64,000 bases of DNA. Origin: Schmidtea nova. Taxonomy: Eukaryota. The stretch covers positions 393,886,001-393,950,000 of the forward strand of contig CM097883.1 of NCBI GenBank assembly GCA_044892505.1, in the 5' to 3' direction. Below the pieces are notes generated by a model. It searched no databases. It worked only from the letters and a program-made list of their open reading frames with translations, and was not told the DNA's origin. Positions within the stretch are counted from its first letter, which is position 1. The number at the start of each line of letters is the position of its first letter. A program made the position numbers and the translations under genes. Positions 13,713 to 28,339 of this stretch are shown here, piece after piece.

Positions 13713-14198
13713 ATGATTACTTGGAGAGAACTTACAGATTTTCAGAAAGTCGAAATTTACGGATGTTATCTTTGTGGAAAAACTCAGAGTGAAACTGCTG
13801 CATTGACTGGTTATCCCAAAGGAACTATTAACTACTTCCTGAGGAAGTACTGCCAGGAGCAGACACACGTCAATAAGCAACGTACATGCCGCCCTAAACT
13901 TCTGAGCATCAGTACACATTCGCACATTATGAAGGAATTCTTTCTGCAGCACAGCATCAACGTTTTGGATTGGGTTCCACAAAGCCCTGATTTGAATCCT
14001 ATTGAGTTTCTGTGGAACTTCCTTGGTAGACGAGTTTGCAAAAGGATTCCCATTGCCTGTAACGCCTCCGAACTGGAAACTCATCTGTATGAAGAATGGT
14101 CACACATCTCCCCTTATTTCCAAGCAAAAGTGGTCAATACAATGCCTAAACGAGTGCGCCTTGTTATCCAGATGAAAGGTAATATAACGAACTACTAA
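13713..14198 (+). pseudogene. Tc1-like transposase with an internal deletion
   Basis: An N-terminal HTH region (RELTDFQK...GRP-like) is joined directly to the C-terminal WVPQSPDLNPIEFLW motif. A putative right TIR (ACTTTTGGTAGG.CGG.GTA) ends near 14320 and recurs near 13100. Confidence 0.8.
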
Positions 14199-14589
14199 CT
14201 CGCAGCACTACAGACATCTAGTATTCGTGTGTGTTTGTGACATTTGTTCCTATTGATGTTCATTATAAACTGCAATATGTAAATAACTGCTTGACTGGAG
14301 ACTTTTGGTAGGACGGGGTATGTACCACTCGGAACAAAAGGGTTATATATTGTATAATTCTTACTGAAGATACATAAAAAGTGATGAAATTTACCACATT
14401 TAATAGTAACCAGAACACTCTGATACTAATCCATATTAACTTATTGATACTAAATATAATTAAGCAATAACCATTGGTGAATCCTAAATTTGTTTAATTT
14501 TATGAGAAAATAATCAATCTTAGCATGTAAAAAATTGTAAATATAATTTATTATTTAGCAATCATATAAAAAGATTATGAACTTTGTAC

Positions 14590-17500
14590 TAGGGCTTCTA
14601 ATCCCGGACATAAATTCCGATCTCGGGATTTCGGGATTGTATTTTATAAATCCCGGGATTGACTTCTGCTGAAAAAAATAATATAAAGTAAAAACTAATA
14701 AAAACTAACAATTTTTTTAATTCAGTATAAAATTAATCTTTTTCTTAAATTATTAATAACATATACTATACTAGTAATTATTAAATTCATATATTAAGTA
14801 ATTCATATTAAAATTCTTGATTAAGTCTTTTTTGTTGTTATAAGGGGAATCTGAGGAAACAGAGCTCGTCTAGATCCTTATCATCCAAGGAACTTCGTTA
14901 TTTATTACAAAATAAACCTGCAGAAGAAAAGGCTCTTTCTGACTCGATGCTGATTGGTTTTATCGTTTTTAAATATTTATATGCATGTTTCAAATAATCG
15001 CCATGTGAGCCTCCATTTTCAAATAGAGCCATCTCTTTTTGAAGTTTGGAGACTAACAATTCACATCGATGTGGTATCACTTGTGAACGTGACATGTCAT
15101 CATTTATTGCTTTATTAATTTCTTCGGCTGTAGTTAACGGTTGTACAGAAATAACTTCAGCAATTTCCTCCTGCACAGAAACATCCTGTTATGGAAGTTG
15201 CATTCAATCTTTCAAGAAGATCTACAAATTATTTACGGCACTTAGTTGGTGATGGTACTATAATGAACTTATTATCTGAGTGACAGATTCCATTCAAGCC
15301 ATTATGTAGGTAATTCAAAAGTCCGCTTAAATCCGTACGACGTTGCTTCAATCGAATAGTTAAAGCTGTAAACAGCTTTTGACTAATAATATTATCCGCG
15401 TCCTCCAGTTTCTTCAACGTAAAGTTAATAGCGATATCGGCCGTAATAAGGTTCGCGTCCTGGCGACAAAGAGCTTCAACAGTAGCCTTGATAGGTGTTA
15501 AAGCACCAACAATTTCAGAAATCACTTGGATGTCATTTTGAGAAATCTCTATAGATATATTTTGTTTTACATCTATAAGAGCTTTCTGGACACAGTTTCT
15601 TAAGAAGTAAAAACGTTCTAACATAGCCAATACACTACTCCATCCACTCTTGCAATCCTTTATTAACTGAATTTCTTTCCCGAAATCTTCTCGAACATAT
15701 TTTTGCAAATCATCATTTTGGTGGGTGAGCGTTTAAACAAAGATACTGTTCTCCGCTTTTTTCTTTATTAGTGGCCCTAATGAAGCATCATTTACTTCAC
15801 ATAGCGGCAAACAGTTACGATCTACCAATTCTGCTCCGTCATATTCCAACTCCTCACATATTTCAGGTTCAGTCTCGCTTTCTGAAAGGTTATCCACTAG
15901 AGTATTTTCTTCTGATTCGGCTCTTTCATCTGACTTTTTGTAAAACACGTAAATAACTGAAAACTGTATACCGTGTGCCAAAAATAATTGTTGATGTACT
16001 GATAATAACTTTCCAACTTTTGTCATAACACTGGCTCCATCTGTCATAGTGTCATACAACTACAATTGTATAGTCATAAATTGAAATTTAATCTAATTAC
16101 AAAATTATAACCACACAATCACAAATACACAATCACAATTATACAACTATAAAAGACTTTAGGGGAAAATAACCAACACGAATTGTGAACATTACACAAC
16201 TTACCCCTTTAAAACCGGAGGTTAACACGAAAATAAAATTAAAGAATTTACATTTTAGCAACATTTACAACCTATTAAATAATTGTTAACTAATATTTAC
16301 AATTAACACAAAATTTACATTTTACATTAGCAGTTAACCTAAAAAAATTTTATTCGGTTTTGTTTTATGTTTTACAACGATTTAACCAAAAAAAATAAAA
16401 ACTGTACAACCTACATTGTTTGTGCATGTGTTTTGCTTGTGTGTGTTCGTGTTTTTATTTGAGGCAGTCACTGTATCGTTTGTTTTGTATAGGTATAGTT
16501 TTTGTATTTTTGTTAGGAAGTTGTTGGGGTTTTTGTTAATTTGATTTTGTTTTGTTTGGTTGTTATATTGATAGGGTTTTAGCCTGCGAATGTTGATTCC
16601 GATTTTCTTGTTGTTTATTAGTAGGGTGCCTACATTTTTATTCAGATTGATTAATTTGTAAGGACCTTCATATTTTTTACTCAAAACCGCTGGTGAACGG
16701 TTTTTTTATTAACACTGACTCGATGATGAGATTTGATTCTGAATGTTTGGGTTTGTCATCTCTATTTACGAAAGCTTCTTTTGATTTGTTTTCCTTTGTT
16801 TATGCTGTGTATTCGAATATTTTGTCGGCGTTTTCGACATTTTATATCATGTTTGGGAGGTTTGTTGAATGGTCGCTGATGATTGTTTGTGGGTATCCGT
16901 ATCTTGAGAACCAATTCAGTTCTATGTTTTCGTAGACAGTTCTAGCGGTGATTTTTTTGATTGGTATTGTTTCAAACCAGTTTGTTTTCCGATCAATTAT
17001 ATAGGAGCATAAACTTTTTGTCGATTTGATTCCCGACAGTGTCAAAGTTAGTTTTGAGAATTCTAACCATTTTTGGGGTGTGCCGTTTCGTCTGTAAAGT
17101 AATTTGGGATGTTTGCATTGGTGTTTATTATTGAATATATGGTGTGATGGTTGTCAGGGGTGTAATAATAGTTGGTGTTCTCTTGTTGAGCGTATGTGGT
17201 TTCGTTGTTGTGTGCTTGGGAATTGTTTGTTGGGTTTTGTTGGTTCGATGCCATTTGTCTTTATGTACAGTGCTATTTTATTTGTTTGCTGTAAAAAGAA
17301 AATGAGAGTCGTTAAAAGATATGGTCTACTGTGTTCGACCAACAGAGACGGTAGTCTTTATACCTCTACAGTAGGTATGCCAAAAGATTTCCCATTTGAA
17401 AAACACAAAAAAAATTTCGTCGAATATGTAATGCTGTTTTTATTTCTGACACCAGTTATTATGTACTACCTAGTTGTGGTGATTATTACTTATATTGTAG

Positions 17501-19534
17501 TATGTTGTTGTTGTTGTGTTGAATGTGTCTGTTATGGAAGTAGTTGTAAACCCAACAGAGTCTTCGGTAATATGTGTCGGGACAGTTGAGGTCAATACAA
17601 TATACGGTAGTGAGATTGTATGCGTGTTTTTTAGTTTGCACAGTAACAATTATAAAAAATATAATTCAACGATAACTTGATTAAAACGTTTATTTACCAA
17701 GATAGAATATAATAAAACAATTTACTCGCAAAAAATGGGTTTTGATTATTTTAATTGGTTATAATTTCTTTCTATAGCTTGTTCTGACTGTTTTCGATAA
17801 TATTATATTTTTTTGATTCCTATTTCGTTCCTAATTATATTTAGATTTTTCTTCTGCTTTTAATTGCCAGGGAATTAACTTTTTAATTTATGCTTGGATC
17901 GGTTTTGAATTCGTTTATTGTTTCAATAGTTTTATTACTTTACTTTTTTTGATTTGTGATTTGGCTTACTATAGCAATTTGCTATAGCAAGCCAAATTCA
18001 AATTTATGGATTGAAATTTAATATAATATAATAAAATTTAATATAAATAATACAATCACAACTGCTATCCTCCACCATTATACGACCACAACCCGCGACC
18101 ATATAACTACAATTGTATAGTCATAAATTGAAATTTAATATTATTACAAAATTATAACCACACAATCACAAATCACAATCATACAACTATAAAAGACTAC
18201 AAGGGAAAATAACCAACATGAATTGTGAACATTACAATAGATAATATCCTTATGCAAATTTAGTCCATGTTCATTTAACTTTTCTATTAAGAATTCAATA
18301 CACTTTTCTGCTGGCATTGTACAACTAATACAAACAAGACCCAAGCTCCAGAATTTTGATTCTTCAGCATTTACGTTTATATTCATGTACCGCCGATTCC
18401 GTAACGATGTCCACTCATCGAATGACAGAGAAAATCGTTCTCCTGATTTTCGTTGGATAGAAATTTCAGCTTTAATCGAATTTCTTATTTCATTAGCATA
18501 ATCTAAAACTATTTTACAAATCGTGCTTGGTGACGAAAGCAGTTTTCCAAATCCCATGGCAGTTAAGGCTACACGTAGATCCAAATAATGGCATAAAACA
18601 TTAAATGAAAGTCCATCTAGTGCAGTTAAACGTGACAGAGTTGCAGGAAGAGATTTTTGTTTATGCTCCAAAGCAGGAAAAAATTAGTTAATTTTGTGAC
18701 TCTTTTCTTCAGAGGTTCACCTGCTGTACTTGCGACATCTGAGTCGTTCTTATTCTTTAGTTGAATTTTGTGTATCGAAAATAAGTGAGTGTATAGACCT
18801 CTTGTCGTTCCACCACCAATTTTTAAAACCTTTTTGCAATATCTCACCTTACACATTGAAGTCTCACTTTTCTCATCGCTTAGGAATTGTTTCCATACTG
18901 CGGAATTACTTCCTGTGAAATATTCTTTGTAGACAGCCATTTATAAAGCCCTAAATATAAAATAATATTAATATAAAATACCGCATCCAACTAACATAAT
19001 TTTTTTCAATATACTTACTTACAGCGTATTGCAATGCAATTTAGAAATACGATTAATTTAGAAATTGTAAACATTATTTTAATTTAAAATACTGAAAAGG
19101 CACTGTAAATATAAAATATTATTTCAAAAAATTTTAATCATATCGCATTTCCTTTTCAATATAATATTTACGAAGTACTATATAATTGCACAAAGAATAC
19201 TTTAAAAAACTATTTTATTTTAAATACAATTTTCACTTTATAAATTCGATTAACTTTAACTTTTTGTTCACAAATTCGAAAACATACTAAAAATAATAAT
19301 ATTTTTAAAATAATTATTGAAATTTAAAATTTCTTCAGTTTAGCAACAAAAATAGACATGGATTACTTGTCGATAATAATTCTGATTTAACGTTAAAATT
19401 TTTATATATACAATATTTTGAAAGATTAGAATTTTCATACTATTTGATGTATATAAATCCAAGGATTTCTGAACCATAATCCCGGGATTGCAAAAAAACC
19501 TCAATATCCCGGGATCCCGGTATTGGAAGCCATA
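14590..19534 (-). mobile_element. hAT DNA transposon (BED-finger transposase), split by a nested LTR element
   Basis: Perfect 8-bp TSD CTTTGTAC (14582-14589, 19535-19542). TIRs TAGGGCTTCTAATCCCGG / TATGGCTTCCAATACCGG. Fragments carry the BED finger (VWKQF...CKV...C...HL), SFDEWTS, TDGASVM and ESERAFS. Confidence 0.92.
16050..18236 (-). mobile_element. Small, internally deleted Ty3/Gypsy LTR retrotransposon
   Basis: Direct repeats of ~140-147 bp (16050-16196 and ~18095-18236), TG...CA ends, 4-bp TSD ATAG. Integrase remnants IIDRKTNWFETIP...WFSRYGYPQTIISD (16842-17045) and the GPY motif KKYEGPY (16382-16684). Confidence 0.8.
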
Positions 19535-20609
19535 CTTTGTACGTGTTGAGGTCTCAAAATGGGAAATGAGCTCAACTTGCATGGGTTACATATATCAATA
19601 ATCATCAATAACACTAAGTAAGATTTATCAATTAAAATTCACCTTTGCCAAATGTATATTCAATGTTAGATGAGTTATTTGTACATACGTGCTTTTAACT
19701 ATGTCTTCTATGTTTTAATTTGAATTCATGGTCTTTGGGACCTTAAATTAAAAGATTTTAGTGGTAGTTTGAGTGAGAAATCAGTGAGTTTAAATACTCT
19801 ATTTTTTGTTTATTTTATATAAAGTGTTCTTTAAATAAACAGCACTAGAAATACAAATTAAATAATCAGCATTGTGTGCTTTTGTATACATAATTTTTGA
19901 ATATTATTTTGCAGTGGAAATAAAATGCATTTTTATAAAATAAATTTGTTTAATATCACTTAGTTTCTTTGTTAACATTTAAAAAAATTATTTTTATTAT
20001 TACATAAAATATTATTTATTTCGGTGAGGAATATTAATAAATTAAAATTGTATATTTAATAAAAAATTTTAATTTCATATTTTCTATGATTTTAGTTTGA
20101 TCAAAATGTGTTATAAAAATTATGAATTACTATTAACTGTTTCTCCTGTTATCAAATGTAAAATTATAAATCAAATCAAATAATATTTTAAACAATTAAA
20201 TCTAATAGATAATTAAAGGTCATACGAATAATTGTCATAAAAATCATCAGATTTCATTGAATGTTCGATTCAGTTTGAATTGCCTATAATAATTATCTAC
20301 TTCAAAACTTTTACGAGTTTTCCACTATCCAACATACGTTAAAGGTGATTTTTTAACTAATTTTTATTTTTGATCTTTTTTTCATGTATTCGAAAAATTT
20401 GTTAACTGTTTTATTTTTTCAGATAGTTTGAAGTTGGAAAAAAATATTTTTATTGTGTAGGTTATGAAATTGAATTTTACTAATTAATTCTCTGGCTCCA
20501 AATCGTGATTTATTATTAATAAAATAACGATTTACAACAGGAATCGATATTAATATCACAACTGATCTTTCAATTATACTGGAACAACCAATCAATAATA
20601 CGAGATAAT

Positions 20610-21266
20610 GGTTTTAGGACAAAATGGTACGGACAAAATGGTAGTTGGATAAAATAATATAATGGATGAAGTAGTATAGCTTTGAGTATATTTAAATATA
20701 ACAAGTTTTATTTTTCATTTATAAGAACTGTAATGGGTTATTAATCTAATATGTAAATATATTAATACATAATTGTATTCTAATACATAGTTATATAATA
20801 CATAATATATTACTGATAAGAAAAAGTTAGCAAGTAAGTAGGTTAGGTTGCCTTTATTTAACATAAATGTCTGATGCATTCACTTAATAGTAATAAAAAT
20901 CAATACAAAAATCTGGACTAGTAAAATAAAAATATATGAATGACAATGAATTAGTTAGTTTTATAAAAATTAATGTCAGAAATCTAAGACTAATGACTTA
21001 TTCAGTTATAAATTTTTGTACATTCTTTTGAACCGTTGCAAAAAGTCACTGTCAGACAACATTTATATTGAGCCCTCGTGCAATATCTTTTAGTTTAGAT
21101 CGAAGTTTATATAAAAAATTCTAGCATGTGTTAAAATTAAATAATAATAAATATTATAGTAAATATTATTAATTAATAAACTTCAAAGTTAATAATTAAT
21201 AAAAGTTTTTTTTAATAGTCCAGGGAAGTAGTACCATTTTGTTCTATACCATTTTTTCCGGCCACT
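20610..21266. mobile_element. MITE with GGACAAAATGGTA subterminal inverted repeats
   Basis: 8-bp direct repeat GAGATAAT at 20602-20609 and 21267-21274. Inverted GACAAAATGGTA / TACCATTTTGT units at the two ends. Confidence 0.6.
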
Positions 21267-21984
21267 GAGATAATTATACAGTACTTATTATGACAATATG
21301 TAAAGAATAAATTTTGTGGTACTTGAAATAATTTTGTTTTTCTATTTTGGCTTTTCGCATTCTTCCACAGCTCCTGCCTTATCTCTGACAGCTATGAAGA
21401 TATGCCTTGCTTTTCCTTTTTTGTTATTCCGACTTATTTTTTTGCAATTCTGATATCCCTGAAAAGTTGGCAAGATATAATTTTCTTCTTGTTTTTGGAT
21501 TTCTAAATTCTTTTTGCTTTCTTGTACTTCTTAATTAGGAATGACCTTTTTTGGCCATTTGTTCGATTTCCTTTGTTTCGCTGACATCTTATTTCTCAAG
21601 TTTTGTTCTTCAAATCTCCTTTGTATTTCAAAACATCGCATCATTTAACCTGTCCATTTTCCTCAATTATTTCATTTATTTGTAATAATGTTTAGTTTAT
21701 TATTTAGGTATCCTCAACATATCTCGCCCCTCCCATTAAAAAAATTCGTCCTTTGAATTAAATATTTAAATTATACTCAGTCAATTTCTTAAATTCGTTT
21801 TCATACCAGCTATCCCGTAAAATTTTAATAATTAGTAATTTAATAATGTTAACAATAATAATGATAATTTAATATTAATAAAATAGCAACAATAATAACC
21901 ATAATATATTTTGTTTATAATAATAACAAAAAGGATATCGCTCTAATAATGGTCATAACAATAATATCAATAGTGTTTTTATAG

Positions 21985-22805
21985 TGTATTTATTCAATTA
22001 GTCGGTACTATTTTCTGACTCTTCGGTGTTCTTAGGATTTATTCATGAAAATAACCCAACACAGAAAAATTTATTCGAAATTAGAATTAACACAAATCTT
22101 AGATACAATTTCTGAAAACAGAGTCTCTGAAATAAAAATTCGCAATAACTTTTGAACTGCTTTTCCGATTAAGCGTTGGTAAATCTCTCAATGGAAGATT
22201 TCCCCTTCTGGTATGCTGTGAAGAATAAATTCAACTTATAACTCGTTTAACTTTTTCATTTTCTAACTCGTTTAACTGTATCTGCTCATTGATAATTCTT
22301 TGCTCACCTTTTTTTTGACTTCGACCACTCTGGAAAATTCTGGTATTTTCGTTTCGTTTATATACTGTTCGTTTTAATGAGTTTTTCCTACCAAGCTGTC
22401 TGGCGGTATTTCCCAATTGACGTTTATTAATTAATCTAATTAAAAATAAAACATCAATTTTCTCGGGGATAGTTATCTCGTCCGGGCTTCCCACACTACA
22501 CGGGTTCTCCATTGCCTCGGCTTTCTTATTATCCAATTAATTAATTTATTTATTTGTTTAATTCTTTTCTTCTGGGACACACTATTAATTTTATTTTACC
22601 ATTTTTGAATTCGTCTCACAATTAGGAATACACCCATACCAATTTCCCCCGCAAAACCTTTGTTTTTAAATTATCTAAATTTTTAATTAATTTTCATGAT
22701 TTAATTATTACTTTTAAAATTTTATTTTTTTTTGATTTTGACTAAGTTTTTATATCTTTTTTGTATTTGACTAATTTTATTAAACCTTAGCATACTTCCT
22801 CCTTT
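21985..22805 (-). mobile_element. Diverged LTR of the same family as 33880-49637, with adjacent polypurine tract
   Basis: Shares AGTCGGTA..TTTCTGACTC and CCATACCAATTTCCCCCGC blocks with the 37k/49k LTRs. It is followed at 22793+ by CTTCCTCCTTT...AGATTCG.CCTCAAATC, like the sequence at 38070+. A further LTR-end/PPT junction sits at ~21712-21760. Confidence 0.65.
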
Positions 22806-22855
22806 AATTTAGATTCGACCTCAAATCTGTGATTATTTTTACTCGCACTTGCCCC

Positions 22856-22856
<1 letters not shown>

Positions 22857-22915
<59 letters not shown>
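22857..22915. repeat. (AAT)n microsatellite; others at ~38140-38670 and ~40597-40695
   Basis: Read directly from the sequence. Confidence 0.95.
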
Positions 22916-23264
22916 CATAGGAATATTTTTATAATTAATAAATCTAAAAATATTTTTTTTTAAATTAATAGATAATCCACGATGACCCTTGGAAATTTTA
23001 TAATTAGAATTTCTTTAGATTATCTCATTAATGAGATTCTTCTGTTTCTATTAATTGGAACTGACGCTGCTGACAAAGCAGTTAATTCTTTATTGACTGG
23101 AGAATAACAATTTCCTCCACCACCCGGAATATATCCGGGATTTTCTCTTGTCGAATTTATTTATTTTTTGAAATTTTTTATTTATTGATGCTACAAATTA
23201 TGTAATCTCTTTCACAAACGGTAAGATATCTGTATGTTTATAATCAATGGTAATTTGACTTTAA

Positions 23265-23501
23265 CCTTCCTAAGACCATGGGGGTAATTGTGTACCCCAG
23301 CATCATATTTTTTTGAAAATTTCTGGTAAATCTAGAACCTACCGCATTCGCCCTTTAGTTATTCCAAGTCTGATCATTTAATATCACGTTGCATCAATTT
23401 CATCACAAAAAAAAGAATCCTGTTGGCATTTATTGTAAAGAATCTGCTTCGGGTACAAATTTACCCCAGTTATTGATTAATTCGAGCCGGCCTTAGGAAG
23501 G
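23265..23501. mobile_element. piggyBac-family MITE
   Basis: TTAA on both sides (23261-23264, 23502-23505), TIR CCTTCCTAAG, internal inverted repeat GGGGTAA...GTACCC. Confidence 0.85.
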
Positions 23502-24247
23502 TTAATATGTTTTCTAATATATGAAATGTTGTTTTATTTTATAAAGGGAATATATAAATTTGTTTTCGTGTTTTTAAAAAAAATCCTAATGGTAATTTGA
23601 TTTTAATATGTTTCTAATTTGAAAAATATTGTTTTATATTATGATGTGAATTAGGGATTGCAAATTTTCTGGAAAAAGTCAATACCGGGATTTCGAGATT
23701 GATTAATCTAAAACCGGAATCCCGGTATTAATACCGGGATTTTCAAAAAAAATAAAAATTCCAAAAAAACATTTTTTCTATATATTAAAATATATTTAAA
23801 TAATAAATTAATAAAATAATAAATTAATTCATTCTTTGTAAATTTTTTTTTACGATGATACTCACGTCAATCGGAGTACCCTCGCCCGTTAGGGCATACC
23901 GTGGTCAGGGACCTTTGGTTCTAGGGTGATAATTCCATGTTAAACCTTTCGGAATGGCGACTACCATCAGCTATTATGATAGGCTTTTAGATATTCATCA
24001 TTCTTTGTAAATCAACAAAGAAATATGTTATTGTTAACAATTAATTTGCAAATTGCAATGCAATTATATCTCACGTATTAAAATACTATGTAAGAATATA
24101 TAAAATAGAATGTAAAAAAATAAAAAAACATTTCATCATATCACATCGTTATCAAATTTGGTTATTCGATGATTTTCTTTTATAAAATGAAGTTTTAATT
24201 TTAATGTTTTAAACTAAATAAAATATGAATATTAAAATAATACATAC

Positions 24248-24378
24248 ATTCTGATTTTCAAAAAAACGTTAATAAGACTGAATTAATTAAATTTATTTTA
24301 ATTTCATTACATGATGTAATGAAATTAAAATAAATTTAATTAATTCAGTCTTATTAACGTTTTTTTGAAAATCAGAAT
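24248..24378. repeat. Perfect palindrome with 65-bp arms and a 1-nt spacer
   Basis: 24248-24312 is the exact reverse complement of 24314-24378. Confidence 0.9.
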
Positions 24379-26696
24379 TAATTTAAAAAGAAGAATTAGA
24401 AAAGAATCACAATTCACATAAAAAAATTAATTCTTATCAATTATTCAATCACTTTTTTGATGTTTTTTGTTTCATAAAATGAGAATTTAAAAAACAAAGA
24501 TCACTCAAAGTCGAATCTCCTAAACGAGAACGAATTTTTGAGCAAAATCTTGCCGACATTGAAAAGCACCTCTAAGCTTCTACACTTGTTGGTGGAATGG
24601 TTTGGAGATCATTATACACAAATTGGAGTATCGGTCCTCGAGTTCCATTGGCCTCGAAAAAATTCATTTCTCTTTTTATGTCTGTCAAGAGAGTCGACGC
24701 AGATGGATGCTCCTTGGATATATTTAAGACGGCTGTACTACTGCTATCCTTCTCAATTATAGCTTGTAGTTCTTCTTGAAGACATTTTCAAATTGGGTAT
24801 GTTTTCATTACTTAGAGATACTTCTTCGGTGTCATCTAAGTTATCGTCCACGACTAAATCAATTTCAGCGTCAATAACTTCAACTGATCTCGTTCTATGG
24901 TAGATATTTGCAATAACTTTTGTAATAGCAGCCTTTTGTAGCCGCTTAAAAGAAGAGAGGATTTTATTGCGATTCCCGTTATGAAGATATTGTAATACAC
25001 TCGAAATATCTGTACGTCTTTGTGCAATTCTGAGATCCAATTGCGTCTTCAATTGTTCGCCGAAGTTGTTATTACTATTCATATTCAATTTTGCCATCAT
25101 AAATATGAGCGCTGCATGTGCGGTTAATAGGTTAGCATCTTGTCGGCAGATGGCTTCAACAGCCAATTTTACTGGAAGCAAATTTGATATCATGTTTTCA
25201 ATTACATCGAATTCTGCTTCAGAAAAGTATATTGGATAACGAATATCAATCAGTGCCTTTTGAACGCTCTTTTTTAAAAGAATAAAGTATTCCATCTGGT
25301 AGGAGAATCTAAAACTAGGGTGAGTTCTTTTTTATGTTCTATTTAAACATATGTTTGTAGAACATCATCGTTTTTCGAAGGCGAACGCCTAAATAACTTA
25401 ACGACCTTCCTAACCTTTGTAATAATTGAAGCCAACTCATATGATTCCGTAATTTGATATTTTTCACCTGCACCACAAAGGTTATTAATACCGATTGTAA
25501 ATCCACACTCGGATTCATTACTATCATCTTCTTCATCCTCGGAATTGTCAGAAGCATTCATATTAGCATTATGCAAGGTTTCAATCTCATTGACGATAAA
25601 ATTAGCTTCGGGTTCAATTTCTTGTACAGATTTCTTATAAATAACATCCGACACAGCAAGATGAATGCCATTCGTAAAACACAACTGTTGTTCGCATTTC
25701 AACATTCTCCCAACGCTCTTCATGACTGTGGCACCATCTGTAGTAATTGAAACTTTATCCTTCTCGAGACATAAATTATTTGTTTCCATTGTATTCTTGA
25801 GGAGCTCTACACATTTTGCGACTGGAAGTGATCCATTTATTCTAACGAAACCGATGTTCCAAAACTGACATTTCGAGTGAACATTTACATTTAGATATCT
25901 CCGATTTCGAATGGATGTCCATTCATCTAATGTTAACGAAAAACGTTCATCTTTTATTTTTTTAAGCGTATCAAAAATTTTAATCATAGATGTTCGTGTT
26001 TCTTGAGCGTATTTTGTTACAATTGCCCGTATTGTGTTGGGTGATGTGGGCACATTATTAAATCCCTGAGCATGTAAACCATTTCGTACGTCACTTTTAA
26101 TGGAAGTCCATCAAGTGCAACCATTCTTGAAATAACGAGCGGCTGTGTGACAATCTGATCGGAATGAAAATATCTAGTAATTTTTGCTGCTGAAGAGTTT
26201 GTTTCTTTATTTTCAACGACGGGCTCAGGATCAGGTCTTTTATTCACAGTTATATCATGTTTTGATCGTAAGTGCGTATGAAGACCAGTCGTCGATCCTC
26301 CCAACACTTTGAGAATTCTACCGCAGGACTTACATTTTGCGAGCTGTCCTGATGGGTTTCGTAAGAAATGTTGCCATACGGAATTCTTATTATGCAAAAA
26401 TTTGGTAACTTCCGAAAATTTTTCACTTTTCTCTGACTCTGAGGATTCACGCATCACTTCTTGGGATGTAGACTTTCAGTAAACTGTATAAAGTAAAAGA
26501 TAAAAATATACCAATAGCTGGTCAGTACAGTTGAACACAATTTTTAGTATTAGCTTCTTTTGATCTTTATTTTTAGCTTTATTCTTTATGAAAACAATAA
26601 ACACAACAACTAATTAAACAATTAAACATTAAAATATCCTGTATCAATAAAATAAATTAAAAATACTGATTATGTAGATTTAAAAATAAGTAACTA

Positions 26697-26906
26697 CCGT
26701 ATTTTTTGTCGTATAAGTCGCTACTTTTTTTCGTTAAAAATACAAGTGCGACTAATATAAAGAAGCGACTTAAATGATAATTTTTATTTTTTTTCTAACC
26801 AAACCAACAAATGTCCAGCCAAATTTCCAGAAGAAATAACAAATAATGATTTTTTAGAAAAAATCGAAAAATTTGGTTGCTGCGACTAATACCCTGGAAA
26901 ATATGG
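26697..26906. mobile_element. Tc2/pogo-like MITE nested in the hAT
   Basis: TA|CCGTATTTT...TATAAGTCGC at the left end and the inverted GCGACTAATA...AAATATGG|TA at the right end. Confidence 0.65.
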
Positions 26907-28339
26907 TAATTGTTAATATATTTTATTACTCGTCAATTGTTTTATTTTTTATTACCTGTCAAAAAATGGGATAAAAACCTTTGTGCCGGGAATTTGAACT
27001 ATTTAAAAATGAAGTGATACTTCGCTTAGGGGATTTTTGAATCTTGTAATAAATACAATGAAATAATATTTCGTTAAAGGCTTTTTGAATATAGAAACTA
27101 TTTTATTATCAATATCGAAATACCGGTATTGTAAAATGCAAATACCGGTATTCCGATTTTGGAAAAATCGTCCGAATCCCGGAATTCCGGTATTCGAAAT
27201 TCCGGAATTGTAATCCCTAATGTGAATATATAAATTTGTTTTCGAAATCAGAGTAGTGAAAAATGACATATATTCACAACGATGGCACTAAATATATTTG
27301 TATTTTTACAAATGCCTGTTCTATATTGATGAAATTCACTCCGGTTTTTTCATAACGGTCAAGAAATATAAGTTTATGAATTCTAAATTTTTCGAAAATT
27401 ATTATAATAATCGAACGAAAACTGATTTTAGTTATTTTTTATAGTATATTTTACATTTTATTAAATATTTGAAACGATCACAATAAAGTTACATCAATTT
27501 ATTTATTTATTCATCACTATATATTTTACCAAAAACTTATTGAATTGAATTTGTCTCAAGATTGAGTGAAAATTTTCTGAATTTGTTGATGAAAATAATA
27601 CATGGGGTTTGGTGTGTTGATTTTTAGATAAATGAAAAAATATGTCTTGATTTGAATGTTATTATTATTAAGACTCTTACTCCCNNNNNNNNNNNNNNNN
27701 NNNNNNNNNNNNNNNNNNNNNNNNNNNNNNNNNNNNNNNNNNNNNNNNNNNNNNNNNNNNNNNNNNNNNNNNNNNNNNNNNNNNNNNNNNNNNNNNNNNN
27801 NNNNNNNNNNNNNNNNNNNNNNNNNNNNNNTTAGCAACAGACCCTTTGCAAACGTAGTCAAAGGTAGCTAAATCCCGGCGTTTTGGATTGTTCTGTTTGC
27901 TAATCATTTAATTTGATTCTTATTTTATTTTGTTATTACTTTGTTCTTATTTTTAGTTATTTATTTCATGCTGAATCATTAAAAATAATATTAATAATAT
28001 GACTGAAAATAAAAGTTTACTACATGGTTTAACTGGTGGGCTGCCTTAATAAAAAAGATAAATCATCAATAAATTTACGATTATTTATTTTATAAATAAA
28101 TTGATTGCAGTTAATCCATTTTTATTTCCATTTTTTGGATCCATGCTAATATCGGACAATCGTTTCCACTCGTTCATAAATCAGGCCGTTTTATGATAGG
28201 GTCTGACTGACTTCTATAAATGAATCCGCTTTCATTTTCCTGTCTTTTTTCTCTCTGGCCATTGAGTCATATTCAAACGTAGGTTGAAATATTACAATGT
28301 TCAAACTTGTTATTGTCTCTAAGTTTTTTTTTCAATTGG

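Larger units (their letters stand above)
23652..27219 (-). mobile_element. hAT DNA transposon (BED-finger transposase, frameshifted)
   Basis: Perfect 8-bp TSD ATGTGAAT (23644-23651, 27220-27227) and TIR TAGGGATT(G/A)CAA. ORFs 26017-26457 (BED finger), 25343-26053 (TLDEWTS, TDGA), 24753-25295. Confidence 0.92.

Noticed and set aside
22231-22536. 101-aa ORF inside the diverged LTR
   Set aside because: Not preserved in the related LTRs at 31k, 37k or 49k.
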